Shown piece after piece: positions 33,902-45,711 of a stretch of 64,000 bases of DNA. A model generated the notes under the pieces. The model did no database searches. It was not told the origin of the DNA and was given only the letters and a program-made list of their open reading frames with translations. Numbering within the stretch: the first letter of the stretch is position 1; every line of letters starts with the position of its first letter. The stretch is from an uncultured Actinomycetota bacterium (GTDB lineage: Bacteria > Actinomycetota > Actinomycetes > Mycobacteriales > Mycobacteriaceae): positions 81-64,080 of the forward strand of contig CAVXWQ010000030.1 of assembly GCA_963765445.1 (NCBI GenBank). The letters run 5' to 3'. The position numbers were made by a program, and so were the translations under genes.

Positions 33902-33944
33902 CTACCGAAAAACTTAGCCAACCTATGGGCAGCTGTGGCGCACC

Positions 33945-34586
33945 TCACGCAGAGTCAGTTGCCCGCCACATCTGGCCGTTGAGCAACTGCAGAAACTGGT
34001 CGGTGATCGTGATCAGGCGCTCCTGGTCGCCGACGAACCCGGCGTAGAAGCCCAGACCCCACATCACCGCCATCAACATCTCGGCTGCGGCGTCGACGTC
34101 GACGTCGGGCCGGACCTCGCCGGCCTCGACCGCATCTTTGATCGCCGAGGTCACGAAACCGCGGGTGAAGTTCAGCGATTCGTTGTCGTCGGGGTTCAGG
34201 TCGGGATGGCGCTGCGACTCCATGACCGACGTCACCAGGAAGGCGGCCACCGAGCGGTCCTCCCCCTGGGCCTCGACGGCTGCCCGGATGAACGCGCGCA
34301 TCCGTCCCGCCAGGGTGCTCTCCCGCTGGGAGTGCTGGACGGCCGACTCGATGAGCCTTCCGTTGGTCTGCTCGACGACCTCTTGATAGAGAAGCCGTTT
34401 ACTGGCGAAGTAATGGTTGATCGCGGGGCGGGTCAGGTCGGCGCGGATGGCGATTGCCTGGAAGGTGGCGGCGTCATACCCCAGTTCGCTGAACACCTCA
34501 CGGGCGGCGCGCAGGATGCGCTCGCGCGTTTCCGCCGCCTTAGCTGCGGGCGGTCGTCCGGGACCACGACTGGCTGTGTGCGGCAC
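33945..34586 (-). CDS. TetR-family regulator (Rv0144-like)
   Basis: GPGRPP, GYDAATFQAIAIRADLTRPAINHYFASK; likely GTG start at 34586. Confidence 0.88.
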   Translation of the reverse strand: MPHTASRGPGRPPAAKAAETRERILRAAREVFSELGYDAATFQAIAIRADLTRPAINHYFASKRLLYQEVVEQTNGRLIESAVQHSQRESTLAGRMRAFIRAAVEAQGEDRSVAAFLVTSVMESQRHPDLNPDDNESLNFTRGFVTSAIKDAVEAGEVRPDVDVDAAAEMLMAVMWGLGFYAGFVGDQERLITITDQFLQLLNGQMWRATDSA

Positions 34587-34590
34587 AGTT

Positions 34591-34619
34591 AAATTGTGCC
34601 ACAACTAATGGCACAATTT
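34591..34619. promoter_or_regulatory. Perfect 11-7-11 inverted repeat AAATTGTGCCA-N7-TGGCACAATTT; candidate operator
   Basis: Sits 5 bp upstream of the TetR GTG in an AT-rich tract. Confidence 0.65.
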
Positions 34620-34897
34620 GACGGGCGGCGTCATTTGCTTATGTCTTTCACATTTTGGGCTGCGGGGCACATTCCCATTTACTTCCGAAAGCGCTTGAAA
34701 TGCTTGGTTTTTGACAGCAGCGCATGACGGCGGGGTAAAATCCGTGTTTCGCAATCCGGACAACGGCCCCGATATCCCGGCGAATGGGCGCAACACGAGA
34801 ATTCGCCTGTCCGGCGTGACGCGGCAGTGTCGACACCGGTTCAACAGCGCGTCCGGCCAGCCGAATAATGTTTGCTGGCCGGTGTTCTCGGCCGCCG

Positions 34898-36299
34898 TCA
34901 GAAGACCCGGCGAATGAGCTTCATCGCCCGATCGGTGTAGGGCGGGTACATCAGGCTCGGGTCCGGCTTGGTCGGCTTGGCCAGCACGGCGCGGCGGTGG
35001 CTGAGCGCCTCGAAGCCCCACTTGCCGTGGTAGGCACCCATCCCGCTGGCGCCCACACCGCCGAACGGCAGCTGTGGCACCAGGCAGTGCAGCGCGACAT
35101 GGTTGATGACGGCGCCGCCCGACGGCATCCGGTCGATGAGTTCGCGGGCCCGTTGCTGGTCCGACGTGAAGACGTAGAGCGCCAGCGGCTTGGGCCGCGA
35201 GTTGACGAACTGCACGGCGGCATCAGCTGAGTCGACGGTGAGGATCGGCAGGATCGGACCGAAGATCTCGTCGGACATCACCGGATCGTCCGCGGCGGGG
35301 TCGAGGACCACGGTGGGCTCGATCCGCAGCGTGGAGCGGTCAGATCCGCCACCGGTGACCACCTTGCCGCTGGTGGCGCTGATCAGCGACACCAGCCGGT
35401 CGAACTGCCGCTCGTTGACGATGCGCAGCGAGGGATCCTGCTCGCCGGCCCGGAACTTGGCGATCGTCGCCACGATCTTCTCCGCCAGCGGGGCGGCGAT
35501 GGCGCGGTCGGCCAGTACGTAGTCCGGCGCGATGCAGGTCTGCCCGGAGTTCAGCAGCTTGGTCCACGCGATCCGGCGGGCCGTGACGTCCAGGTCGGCG
35601 TCGGGCAAGCACCACGACCGGACTCTTGCCGCCGAGCTCGAGGGTCACCGGCGTCAGCGTCGGCGCGGCGGCCGCCATGATCTTGCGCCCGATCTCGGTG
35701 CCGCCGGTGAACAGCGCGTGGTCGAAGCCCTGGGCCAGCAGGTCCTGGGTCGTCGAGGCGTCGCCCTCGACCACCCGGATGGCGTCGGAGTCGAGGTACT
35801 CCGGAACCAGGCGGGCGATCACGGCCGACGTGGCCGGCGCCAGCTCCGACGGCTTGATCACTGCCGCGTTGCCGGCGGCGACGGCGGCCACCAGCGGCGC
35901 CATGCACAGGTAGAACGGATAGTTCCACGGGCCGATCACCAGGACGACGCCCAGCGGGTCGTACTGCACCCAGGCCCGGCCCGGCAGCTGCGCCAGCGGC
36001 AGACCCTGCCGCTTCGGCTTCACCCACTTCTTCAGATGCTTGCGGGCGAACGCCGCCTCGGCCTTGGTCGAGCCGACGTCGCCGAGCCACGCCTCGAACG
36101 CGGGACGGCCGAGGTCCTTGCCGATGGCCTCGGCGATCTCCGGCTCGCGCTCGTCGCACATCCGCTCGATGGCCCGCAGCTGCTCGGACCGCCACGACAG
36201 CGGCCGGGTCCGTCCGCTGTTGAAGACTCGGCGCACATCGGCCAGCACTCCGGTGGCGCCACCCTCCGTGGCCTGATCACTGGTGATCTGGACAGTCAT
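34898..36299 (-). CDS. Aldehyde dehydrogenase, class 3-like (frameshift near 35608)
   Basis: IGPWNYP, IKPSE, FTGG, LELGGKSP, NSGQTCIAPDY, EIFGP, PFGGVGASG. Confidence 0.9.
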
Positions 36300-36438
36300 G
36301 GGAACTCCTCGATTGGGTCTGCTGATCTCCAGCTTGCCGCATCACCGGCGGGCAGCGACACCCCCGGGTCTCCCGACTCGCCGCTGATCGCCGCCTTCAC
36401 GGCCAAGCGGCGCGGTCTGGGAACTATGGTCTTCAGAT

Positions 36439-37004
36439 ATGGCCACCGTCGCCACCAGAGAGGCGTACTTCGAGACCGGCCTCGAAGTGCTCGCTGATCT
36501 GGGCTTCGGGGGGCTCGAAGCTCGCCGAGGTGTGCAACCGGCTGGGCGTCACGACGGGGTCGTTCTACCACTACTTCTCCAGCTGGCCTGCCTACACCAG
36601 GGACTTGGTGGCGCACTGGGTGCAGGACCGCACGATCCGGTTGATCGATGCGCTGCGCGAGGAAGCCGACCCCCGCAGGCGCATCGAAGTGATCATCCAG
36701 ATCGCGCTGTCGCTGCCGCACGGCGCCGAGGCCGCCATCCGGTCCTGGAGTTCGGTGGACGCCGCACGTGCTCTCGGTGCAGCGCGAGGTCGACCAGCAG
36801 CGGTTCGACATCCTCTACGACTCGGCGCTGGAGATCGTCAAGGACCCGCGCCAGGCCGAGGTGTACGCGGCGTGGGCGGTGTACGTCTTCGTCGGCTACG
36901 AGCAGGCGACGCTGCCGCGTGAGCCGGGGATGTTCGCGTGGATCAGCACCCAGATGCTCGACGCTCTCGAGGCGGGGCGCTTCGCCAGCGTGCCGCAGCG
37001 GTGA
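36439..37004 (+). CDS. TetR-family regulator (two frameshifts)
   Basis: REAYFETGLEVLADLGF + EVCNRLGVTTGSFYHYF HTH + C-terminal part in 36768..37004. Confidence 0.8.
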
Positions 37005-37538
37005 GTTCGGCGGTGACCCGCACCGAGCAGGCCCGACACCCCGGCAGATGCCGCCGGCGAGCATGTGTTCGCCGTCCTGCGCGAGCGGCTCTACGGTGCG
37101 ATCTCCTGTCTGGCGACGCTGGCCGTACTGGCCCGCTACACCACCGAGGACACCAGCGCCTGGTCCCGTCTGCTCGACGTCGCCGTCGCCACCGGCGGCC
37201 TGTGGGCGGCGAGCCTGTTCGCCGACTTCGTCGCTCACCTCGGGGTCTACGGCACGCGGCCGCACCGCCGGGAGGTCGGCGCGATGCTGCAGGCCTCCGG
37301 ACAGATCCTGCAGGCCGCCGTCATCCCCGCGGCGCTGCTGGCCGCCGCGGGTTTCGGGGTGCTGAAGACCTACACCGCGATGTGGGTGGCGATGTGGGCG
37401 CTGGTCGCCGAACTCGGGCTGATCGCGTTGTTCGCTGTCCGCAAGACCCAATTGCGTTGGTGGGAAAAGCTTTTGACGGTTGTGATCCTGGCGTCGTTCG
37501 GCGCGGTCGTGCTGGTGATCAAGATGCTCGCGCACTGA
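37001..37538 (+). CDS. Hypothetical integral membrane protein (about 4-5 TM)
   Basis: LRERLYGAIS motif and hydrophobic segments; GTGA overlap with TetR stop; 5' frameshift. Confidence 0.7.
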
Positions 37539-37564
37539 TCGCGAGACTGTTCTACGATCCAGCA

Positions 37565-39720
37565 ATGCTGACACCGGCCGGCCTGTGGCGCCGGGCGGCG
37601 AATCGGATCCGCACCCGCGACCCCGACCATGACGGTGCCCGGCGCGCGCTGCGCGCAGCCATCGTCATCCCCATCGCGGCGGCGGTCAGCTTCGCCGTCG
37701 GCGGCGGGTCGCAGACACCGCTGTTCGCGATCTTCGGCTCGATCGCCCTGCTGATCGTGGTCGACTTCCCCGGCAACATGAACGCCCGGGCGCTGGCCTA
37801 CGGCGGTCTCGGCGTGAACGGTGCGGTGTTGATCAGCCTGGGGACCCTGGCCGCACCCATTCCGTGGCTGGCGGTGTCGCTGACATTCGTCCTCGGGGTG
37901 CTGGTGAGCTTTTCCGGCGTGCTCAGCGAGATCATCGCGGCGGGTCAGCGCGCGACGCTGCTGACCTTCGTCCTCCCCGTCTGCACCCCCGCGGCCTCGC
38001 TCGGAGAACGGCTGCTGGGGTGGGCCATCGCGTTGGCCATCTGCGTGCCCGCGGCACTGTTCCTGTTCCCGCCGCGTCACCACGGCGAGCTGCGCCGTCA
38101 TGCCGCAGCGGTGTGCGGCGTGCTGGCCGCCCGGATCGAGGGCACCGCAACCGCCGCCGACCTCACCGCCGCCATGGACGCGCTGCGCGCCAACTTTCTG
38201 GGCACCGCGTACCGGCCGGTCGCCCTGACCGCGGGCAGCCGAGCGCTGGTTCGCGTCGTCGACGATCTGCAGTGGCTGTGCGACCGGGTCGCCGGCGACA
38301 CCGGCCGCCTACTGGGCCCGATCGCCGAGACGTCGGTGGCGGTGCTGCGCAGCTGCGCCGAAGTCCTGAGCATCTCCCGGTCCGGCCGATCGCGCCGCGG
38401 CCCGCGCCGACCTCGACCGGGCCATCGCCGTCAACCGGCTGATCGCGGTCACCAGCTACCGGCAGGACATCGTCGACATCCTCGCCGAGCCCGACGACGC
38501 CGCACGCCGTCGAGGTGGGTCGCACGCTGCTGAGCCGGCGCACCATCGGCGCGACGATCGGCGTCACCGGCCGGCTGATCGCCAGCGCCGCAGCCGCCGA
38601 CGCCCGGCCGGTGTGGGCCCGGGTGCTGGGCAGGCAGCTGCCCGAAACCGGTGTGGCCGACCGGGTTTACTCCGAAGCCACCGCGGTGACGGCGCTGACC
38701 ACCGGATACCTGGTGACCCGCGCGGTCACCGTGCGCAACAGCCTGCGGACCGGTATCGGACTCGCCCTGGCCGTGCTGGTCACCTTCGTGTTCCCGGTCC
38801 AGCACGGGTTGTGGGTGGTGCTCGGCGCGCTGTCGGTGCTGCGCAGCAGCGCGCTGACGACCGGGACGAACGTGGTGCGCGCGGTCACCGGCACCGTGAT
38901 CGGGTTCGTCATCGGCGCGGCGGTCATCGAGCTGCTCGGCATCGATCCCGTCGTGATGTGGGTGCTGCTGCCGGTGGTGGCGTTCGGCTCGGCCTACGTG
39001 CCGGAGATCGGTTCGTTCACCGCCAGCCAGGCGGCCTTCACCATGATGGTGCTGATCGTGTTCAACCTGATCGTCCCGACCGGGTGGAAGGTCGGACTGA
39101 TCCGGGTCGAGGACGTGGTGGTCGGGGCATGCGTCGGCGTGGTCGTGTCGCTTCTGCTGTGGCCGCGTGGCGCCAAGACGTCGGTGCAGCGGGCCATCGA
39201 CGCGTCCTGCGATGTCGGGTCGAGGTATCTGCGGGCGGCGGTGCACCGGGTCACCCGCGGCGCGTTCGAGCAGGCCGAAAACCAGGTCAACGCGCTCAGC
39301 CACGATGCGCTGACCGCATCGCGAACGCTGGATGATGCTGTGCGGCAATATCTTTCGGAGAGCAGCGGACCCATCGACTCGCGCGCCCCGGTGGTGCGGG
39401 CGTCCAACCGGGCGATGCGGCTGCGCGCAGCGGCCGACCTCATCGCCGACATCGTCCCGCCGCCACTGGGGGTGTACCCGCACGCCCGCGAGGTGCTCGA
39501 GACGCACACCGCGGCGGTGTGCGCGCGACTGGACGGCAGCGACCCCAACGCGTCGCTCCCCCCGATCAGCGACGCGTTGGTGCCCGCCCTGCGCGCCGAG
39601 GCCGGCGCAGGCGACCTGGCCGTCTCCGCGGCGCTACCGCTGGTGACCGCCGCGGCCAACATCGGTGAACTCGAACTCACCTACCCGCCGGCCCTCGCCG
39701 CCGAGCCCGCTCACACCTAG
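37565..39720 (+). CDS. FUSC-family inner membrane transporter (frameshifts at 38380-38510)
   Basis: RRALRAAIV, HGLWVVLGALSVLR, RAVTGTVIG, RVEDVVVG...LLLWP. Confidence 0.85.
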
Positions 39721-39742
39721 CCCGACTGTCTCGAAAGTTCTT

Positions 39743-41446
39743 TCAGCCCAACACTTCCAGCGCAGCGGCGCGGGCCTCGGCCGCGCTGGCCGTGGTCAGC
39801 ACCGCCTCGGCGGCGTCGCGGCACTGCTGCAGGGTCACCGAGGCCAGCTTGGCGCCGACACCGGTCACCGCGGCGGCGGCCGCCGACAACGACGTCACGC
39901 CCAGCCCGGTCAGCACACAGGCCAGCAGCGGGTCGGCGGCAGCCTCGCCGCACACCCCGACCGGCTTGCCTGCTGCCACACCGGCCCTGGCGGTCTGCGC
40001 CACGAGCGCGAGGACGCCGGGCTGCCACGGATCGGTCAGCGTGGCCAGTTCGGCCGACATCCGGTCGGCCGCCATCGTGTACTGGGCAAGGTCGTTGGTG
40101 CCGATCGAGAGGAACTCGACGTGCTCGAGGATCCGGTGGGCCAGCAGCGCGGCGGCGGGAATCTCGATCATCACGCCGGGCACCAGGTTTCGCGCGCGAG
40201 CCCGCTCGGCGAAGCGCTTGGCCTCGTCCGGGGTGGCGATCATCGGCGCCATCACCCAGGGCGGGTTGCCGGTGTTCGACGCCGCCGCGGCGATGGCGTC
40301 GAGCTGGCGCTCGAGCACCTCGGGATGGATGGCCTCGATTCGGTTGCCGCGCACGCCGAGGGCCGGGTTCGCCTCGTCGGGGTGCCCGACGAACTTCAGC
40401 GGCTTGTCCGATCCGGCGTCCAGGGTGCGGATGACGACCTTGCAGCCGGCGAACGCCTCGAGCACCTCGCCGTAGATCGCGGCCTGCTCGTCGACGGTGG
40501 GCTCGGTGTCGCGGTTGAGGAAGCACAGCTCGGTGCGGAACAGCCCGATGCCCTCGGCCGGGGTCTCCCGCGCCGAGCGGGCCGCCGAGCCGTCCTGGAC
40601 GTTGGCCAGGATCGCCACCAGATGGCCGTCGGCCGTCGCGCCGGGCCCGTTCCAGCCGGCCATCGCGGCGGCTGCCGCATCGGCGGTCTCCACCGCCGCG
40701 GCCGCCTCCGCCGGGTCGGGCGAGATGGTGACGGTGCCGCGGGTGCCGTCGATCAGGACGTCGGTGCCGGGCGCGACGTCGTCGAGCCCGCTCACCGCGA
40801 CCACACACGGAATCCCGAGCTGGCGGGCGATGATCGCGGTGTGGCTGGTCGGGCCGCCCAGGGTGGTGGCCAGGCCGACGACCAGCGCCGGGTCCAGCCC
40901 CGCGGTGTCGGCCGGCGCGAGGTCCTCGGCGCACAGGACCGACGGCCTGGACGGCACCGGCACACCGGGCTCGGCGAGTCCGCTGAGTTCGGCGACCACC
41001 CGGTCGCGGATGTCGCGCAGGTCGGTCACCCGTTCGGCCATCAGCCCGCCGATCTGGGTGAAGAGGTCGACGAACTGGGCGACCGCCTCGGCGGTGGCCC
41101 GCACCGCGGGCATGCCTTCCTTGATGCGCTTCTCGGCGGCGCCCAACCAGGCCCGGTCCTGCGCGAGCGTCGCGGTGGCGGCCAGGACCTCCGACGCCGA
41201 GCCGGTGGCGCTGGCGGCACGCGCGCGCAGCCGCTCGGCGACGGCGGCCGACGCGGCGGTGAACCGTGCGGCCTCCGCGTCCCGGTCCGCCTCGGGCACC
41301 TCGCCGCCGGGGTCGAGTTCGTCGAGGTCGGGAAGCCGGCCGGGGCGGATGACGGGTGCGTATCGGACGCCGGGAACCACCGGCACCCCGGTGAGGACGG
41401 TTCCGGTCTCGGCGCCGAGTGAGGTAGGCGTGTAAGCAGCGGACAT
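39743..41446 (-). CDS. ptsI: PEP-protein phosphotransferase (PTS Enzyme I)
   Basis: Intact; GGPTSHTAIIAR, GIGLFRTE, SIGTNDL, GVCGE. Confidence 0.93.
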   Translation of the reverse strand: MSAAYTPTSLGAETGTVLTGVPVVPGVRYAPVIRPGRLPDLDELDPGGEVPEADRDAEAARFTAASAAVAERLRARAASATGSASEVLAATATLAQDRAWLGAAEKRIKEGMPAVRATAEAVAQFVDLFTQIGGLMAERVTDLRDIRDRVVAELSGLAEPGVPVPSRPSVLCAEDLAPADTAGLDPALVVGLATTLGGPTSHTAIIARQLGIPCVVAVSGLDDVAPGTDVLIDGTRGTVTISPDPAEAAAAVETADAAAAAMAGWNGPGATADGHLVAILANVQDGSAARSARETPAEGIGLFRTELCFLNRDTEPTVDEQAAIYGEVLEAFAGCKVVIRTLDAGSDKPLKFVGHPDEANPALGVRGNRIEAIHPEVLERQLDAIAAAASNTGNPPWVMAPMIATPDEAKRFAERARARNLVPGVMIEIPAAALLAHRILEHVEFLSIGTNDLAQYTMAADRMSAELATLTDPWQPGVLALVAQTARAGVAAGKPVGVCGEAAADPLLACVLTGLGVTSLSAAAAAVTGVGAKLASVTLQQCRDAAEAVLTTASAAEARAAALEVLG

Positions 41447-41467
41447 GTGAACCAGGTTACAACAAAA

Positions 41468-41483
41468 TGTTGACAGGTCAACA
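41468..41483. promoter_or_regulatory. Palindrome TGTTGAC-AG-GTCAACA plus nearby CAACA repeats; candidate FruR operator
   Basis: Perfect 7-2-7 inverted repeat in the AT-rich ptsI/fruR divergent region; further CAACA copies at 41460, 41499 and 41509. Confidence 0.55.
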
Positions 41484-41549
41484 CGAACGGGAGTAAAACA
41501 ACACAAAGCAACATTCAAAGCAGGCGAGAACCCACATAAACGGAGAATC

Positions 41550-42329
41550 GTGTACCCGGAAGAGCGTCAGCAGGCGATTGCCGCGCAGGTCCTGACCCAG
41601 GGCCGGGCGTCGGTGGCCGAGCTGGCCCAGGCCTACGACGTCACCACCGAGACGGTGCGCCGCGACCTGGCCGTGCTCGACCGGGCCGGTCTGGTGCGCC
41701 GCGTCCACGGTGGAGCGGTGCCGGTGCGCGCCCTGCACGTGGTCGAACCCGGGGTGGACGAACGCGAGATCACCCGCGCCGACCACAAGGAAGCCATCGC
41801 CCGGGCGGCCACCGAGTTCCTGCCGCTGTCCGGCGCGAGCGTGCTGTTCGACGCCGGCACCACCACCGCGCGGGTGGCCGGCATGCTGCCGCCGGACCGC
41901 GAGGTCGTCGCGGTGACGAACTCGGTGCCCATCGCGGCGCGGCTGGCCACCATGCCGTCGGTGACGCTGCAACTGCTCGGTGGACGGGTCCGCGGCCTGA
42001 CCCAGGCCGCCGTCGGCGAGCAGGTGCTGCGCACCCTGGACACCCTGCGGGTGGACATCGCGTTCATCGGCACCAACGGCATCAGCGTGCGGCACGGCCT
42101 GTCCACCCCGGACAGCGACGAGGCGGCCGTCAAGCGCGCCATGGTGCGCTGCGCCAACTACGTCGTGGTCGTCGCCGACTCGTCCAAGGTCGGCCGCGAG
42201 GAGTTCGTCAGCTTCGCCCCGATCGACCGCGTCGACGCACTGGTCACCGACACCGAGCTCAGCGCGGCCGACCGCAAGCAGCTGGCCGAACACGGCGTCG
42301 AGGTCGTCCTGGCAGGAGGGGAAGCATGA
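41550..42329 (+). CDS. fruR: DeoR/GlpR-family regulator of the fructose operon
   Basis: Intact; VTTETVRRDL, RVHGGA, DAGTTT, DSSK. Confidence 0.9.
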   Translation: MYPEERQQAIAAQVLTQGRASVAELAQAYDVTTETVRRDLAVLDRAGLVRRVHGGAVPVRALHVVEPGVDEREITRADHKEAIARAATEFLPLSGASVLFDAGTTTARVAGMLPPDREVVAVTNSVPIAARLATMPSVTLQLLGGRVRGLTQAAVGEQVLRTLDTLRVDIAFIGTNGISVRHGLSTPDSDEAAVKRAMVRCANYVVVVADSSKVGREEFVSFAPIDRVDALVTDTELSAADRKQLAEHGVEVVLAGGEA

Positions 42330-43316
42330 TCGTCACCGTCACTCCCAACCCGAGCATCGACCGCACGGTCACGCTGCCCGCGCAGCTGGTGCGCGGCGCG
42401 GTCCACCGGGTGCAGTCGGTGTCGACCGAGCCGGGCGGCAAGGGGGTCAACGTCGCCCGCGCGCTGACGCTCGCCGGACTCGACACCGTCGCCGTCCTGC
42501 CGGCGGGCGAACGCGATCCGATTCTGTCCGCCCTGCTGTCCTACGGCGTGCCGTTCTACGCGGTGCCCATCGACGGCGCGGTGCGCACCAACCTGACGAT
42601 CACCGAATCCGACGGCACCACAACGAAGATCAACGAACCCGGGGCGGTGATCGACGAGGCGGCCCTGTCCGCGCTGACCGCGGCGATCCTCGACCGCGCG
42701 GCATCGGCGCGCTGGGTGGTGCTGTCCGGATCGCTGCCGCCCGGCATGCCCGACAGCTGGTATGCCGACGTGGTCGCGCAGCTGCAGCCCTACGACTGCA
42801 AGGTGGCCGTCGACACCTCCGATGCACCGCTGGCCGCGCTGGCGGCCGGGTTCGGCCGGGCCGCACCGGATTTGATCAAGCCCAACTCCGAGGAGCTCGC
42901 CGGCCTGGCCGGTGTCGACCCCGAGCACCTGGAAACCGCTCTGGCGCAGGGTAATCCGGACCCGGTCGTCAACGCCGCGCAGCAGCTGATCGAGCGTGGT
43001 GCCCGCACGGTGCTGGCCACCCTCGGTGCGGCGGGTGCGGTGCTGGTCAACGAGACCGGCAGCTGGCTGGCCACCCCTCCCCCGATCAAGCCCAAGAGCA
43101 CCGTCGGCGCCGGTGACTCCTCACTCGCGGGTTACGTGCGCGCCGACGTCGGCGGTGCCGAAGCGCCGCAACGGCTGCAGATGGCGGTCGCCTACGGCAG
43201 CGGCGCCGCCGCATTGCCCGGCTCGGCGCTGCCGTCGCCCGCACAGATCGACCTCGACGACGTATCGGTCACCTCGATTTCGCCCTACCCCGCCCCGCTC
43301 GCCCACCCGTCCCTGA
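42326..43316 (+). CDS. fruK: 1-phosphofructokinase (PfkB family); 3' end uncertain
   Basis: TPNPSID, GGKGVNVAR, LSGSLP, IKPN, TVGAGDS; reads through into fruA in this sequence. Confidence 0.88.
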
Positions 43317-43336
43317 CACCAGAAGGCAAGTACACC

Positions 43337-45351
43337 ATGACGAACCCCGTGTCCATCATCAGCACCGATCTGGTGCTCCTCGACGTCGACGCAGGCGCCG
43401 ACAAGGAGTCGGTCATCGACCGGCTCGCCGGCCGGCTCGCCGAGAGCGGACGGGTGACCGACCGCGAGGACCTCAAAGCCGCGGCGCTCGCCCGGGAGGC
43501 GCAGTCGGCCACCGGATTGCCCGGCGGCATCGCCATTCCGCACTGCCGGTCGGCTGCGGTGTCGACCCCGTCGATCGGGTTCGCCCGCCTGTCGCCGAAG
43601 GTCGACTTCGGCGCACCCGACGGCCCGGCCGATCTGGTGTTCCTGATCGCCGCACCGGACGGCGCCGGCTCCGAGCACATGAAGCTGCTGTCCAGCCTGG
43701 CGCGCGCTCTGGTGCGGCCGGACTTCGTGGCATCGCTGCGGGCGGCGAAGTCCGCCGACGAGATCGTCGGACTGGTCGACGGCGTGGTCAATCCGGACGG
43801 CGCCGCACCTGCGGCCGCGCGCGGCACCGAAAGCCCAAGCGGCCGAATCGAAGTCGATCATCGCGATCACCGCCTGCCCCACCGGCATCGCCCACACCTA
43901 CATGGCCGCCGACGCGCTGAAGCTGGCCGCCGAGCGCGCCGGGGTGAACCTGACGGTGGAGACCCAGGGCTCCTCGGGCAGCACGCCGGTGAGCGCCGAC
44001 ACGATCGCCGGCGCCGACGCGGTCATCTTCGCCACCGACGTCGGCGTCAAGGACCGGCAGCGGTTCGCCGGGAAGCCGGTGATCGCCTCCGGCGTCAAGC
44101 GGGCCATCAACGAGCCCGACAAGATGATCGCCGAAGCCGTTGCGGCATCGGACAATCCGAACGCCGCGCGGGTGGAGGGCACCGCGTCGGCCGCCGAATC
44201 GGGTGCGCCCGCCGGCGGGGTCGGCTGGGGAACCCGGATCCGGCAGATCCTGCTGACCGGCGTGAGCTACATGATCCCGTTCGTGGCCGCCGGCGGTCTG
44301 TTGATCGCCCTGGGCTTCCTGTTCGCCGGTTACGACATCGCCAACAAGCCGGAGGGCAAGACCGACTCGCTGGCCCACATCATCGCCACCACCAACTCGC
44401 TGACGAACCTGCCTGCGGGCGGCTTCACCCAGTATCTGGGGGCGGTGCTGTTCACCCTCGGCGGCCTGGCCTTCGGCTTCCTGGTCCCCGCGCTGGCCGG
44501 CTACATATCGTTCGCGATCGCCGACCGGCCCGGTATCGCACCGGGATTCACCGCCGGAGCGGTGGCGGTGTTCGTCGGCGGCGGCTTCATCGGCGGCATC
44601 GTCGGCGGCCTGATCGCCGGCTTCGCGGCACTGTGGATCAGCGGCTGGAAGGTGCCGCAGTGGTTCCGCGGCCTGATGCCGGTGGTGATCATCCCGCTGC
44701 TCGCCTCGCTGATCGTCGGCCTGCTGATGTTCTTCCTGCTCGGCCGTCCGCTGGCGGCGATCACCTCCGGTCTGACGAACTGGCTCAACAGCCTCACCGG
44801 GGCGTCGGTCATCCTGCTCGGCGTGATCCTGGGCCTGATGATGTGCTTCGACCTCGGCGGCCCGGTGAACAAGGCCGCCTACGCGTTCGCCACCGCCGGC
44901 CTCAACGTCACCGACGTCGCCTCGCTGCGCATCATGGCCGCGGTGATGGCCGCCGGCATGGTGCCGCCGCTGGCGATGGCGCTGGCCACCACGGTCCGGC
45001 CGGGGTTGTTCAGCGAGCCGGAGCGGGAGAACGGGCGGGCCGCCTGGCTGCTCGGTGCCTCGTTCATCTCCGAAGGCGCGATTCCGTTCGCGGCGGCCGA
45101 CCCGCTGCGGGTGATCCCGTCGATGATGGCCGGCGGCGCGGTCACCGGCGCGCTGATCATGGCCTTCGACGTCACGCTGAAGGCGCCCCACGGCGGCATC
45201 TTCGTGTTCTTCGCGATCGGCAACCTGGTGTGGTTCATCGCTGGCCCTGGCCGCGGGAACCGTGGTGGCCGCGCTGGCCGTGATCGCGGCCAAGCAGTTC
45301 ATCAGCCCCAAGTCGGAGGAAGCGGCCAACGCGGCCCTGGCCGCCGCCTGA
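43337..45351 (+). CDS. fruA: Fructose-specific PTS EIIABC (frameshifted)
   Basis: EIIA IAIPHCR, EIIB ITACPTGIAHTYMAA/VETQG, EIIC TGVSYMIP, DLGGPVNK, ISEGAIPF, APHGG. Confidence 0.9.
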
Positions 45352-45359
45352 CCGCCCCT

Positions 45360-45383
45360 GCGCCGAAACCGCCGTTTCGGCGC
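45360..45383. repeat. Perfect 10-bp-stem hairpin between fruA and ptsH
   Basis: GCGCCGAAAC-CGCC-GTTTCGGCGC. Confidence 0.55.
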
Positions 45384-45439
45384 GGTTGGTCGAGTAAACA
45401 TCTCCATAACGTCGAGTTCGACATCAACAAAGGAGCCCA

Positions 45440-45697
45440 ATGCATACCAAGACCGTCATCGTCGGCTCGGCGATCGGACTGCACGCCCGGCCCGCGGCGA
45501 TCATCTCCGAAGCCGTCGTGAAAGCCGGCGTCCCGGTGACGCTGACGCTCGAGGGTGGTGAGCCGGTCGACGCCGGCTCGGCGCTGATGATCATGACGCT
45601 GGGCGCCGGCAACGGGGCGACGGTCACCGTCGCCTCCGACGACGAGGCGACCTGCAAGGCCATCGCCGAACTGGTCCAGCAGGACCTCGACGCCTGA
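45440..45697 (+). CDS. ptsH: Phosphocarrier protein HPr
   Basis: GLHARPA (His15) and DAGSALMIMTL (regulatory Ser region). Confidence 0.93.
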   Translation: MHTKTVIVGSAIGLHARPAAIISEAVVKAGVPVTLTLEGGEPVDAGSALMIMTLGAGNGATVTVASDDEATCKAIAELVQQDLDA

Positions 45698-45711
45698 GCT
45701 GAGTCGAAACC

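Noticed and set aside
33908-33926. Partial IdeR-like box (TAGGTTGGCTAA on the minus strand) upstream of the methyltransferase
   Set aside because: Needs a gap and several mismatches to fit the 19-bp consensus; too weak without a PWM scan
42326-45283. 985-aa ORF suggesting a FruK-EIIA fusion
   Set aside because: fruA has its own AGAAGG RBS and ATG at 43337, an out-of-frame TGA sits at 43314-43316, and indels are common here; the ORF's distal half is off-frame nonsense
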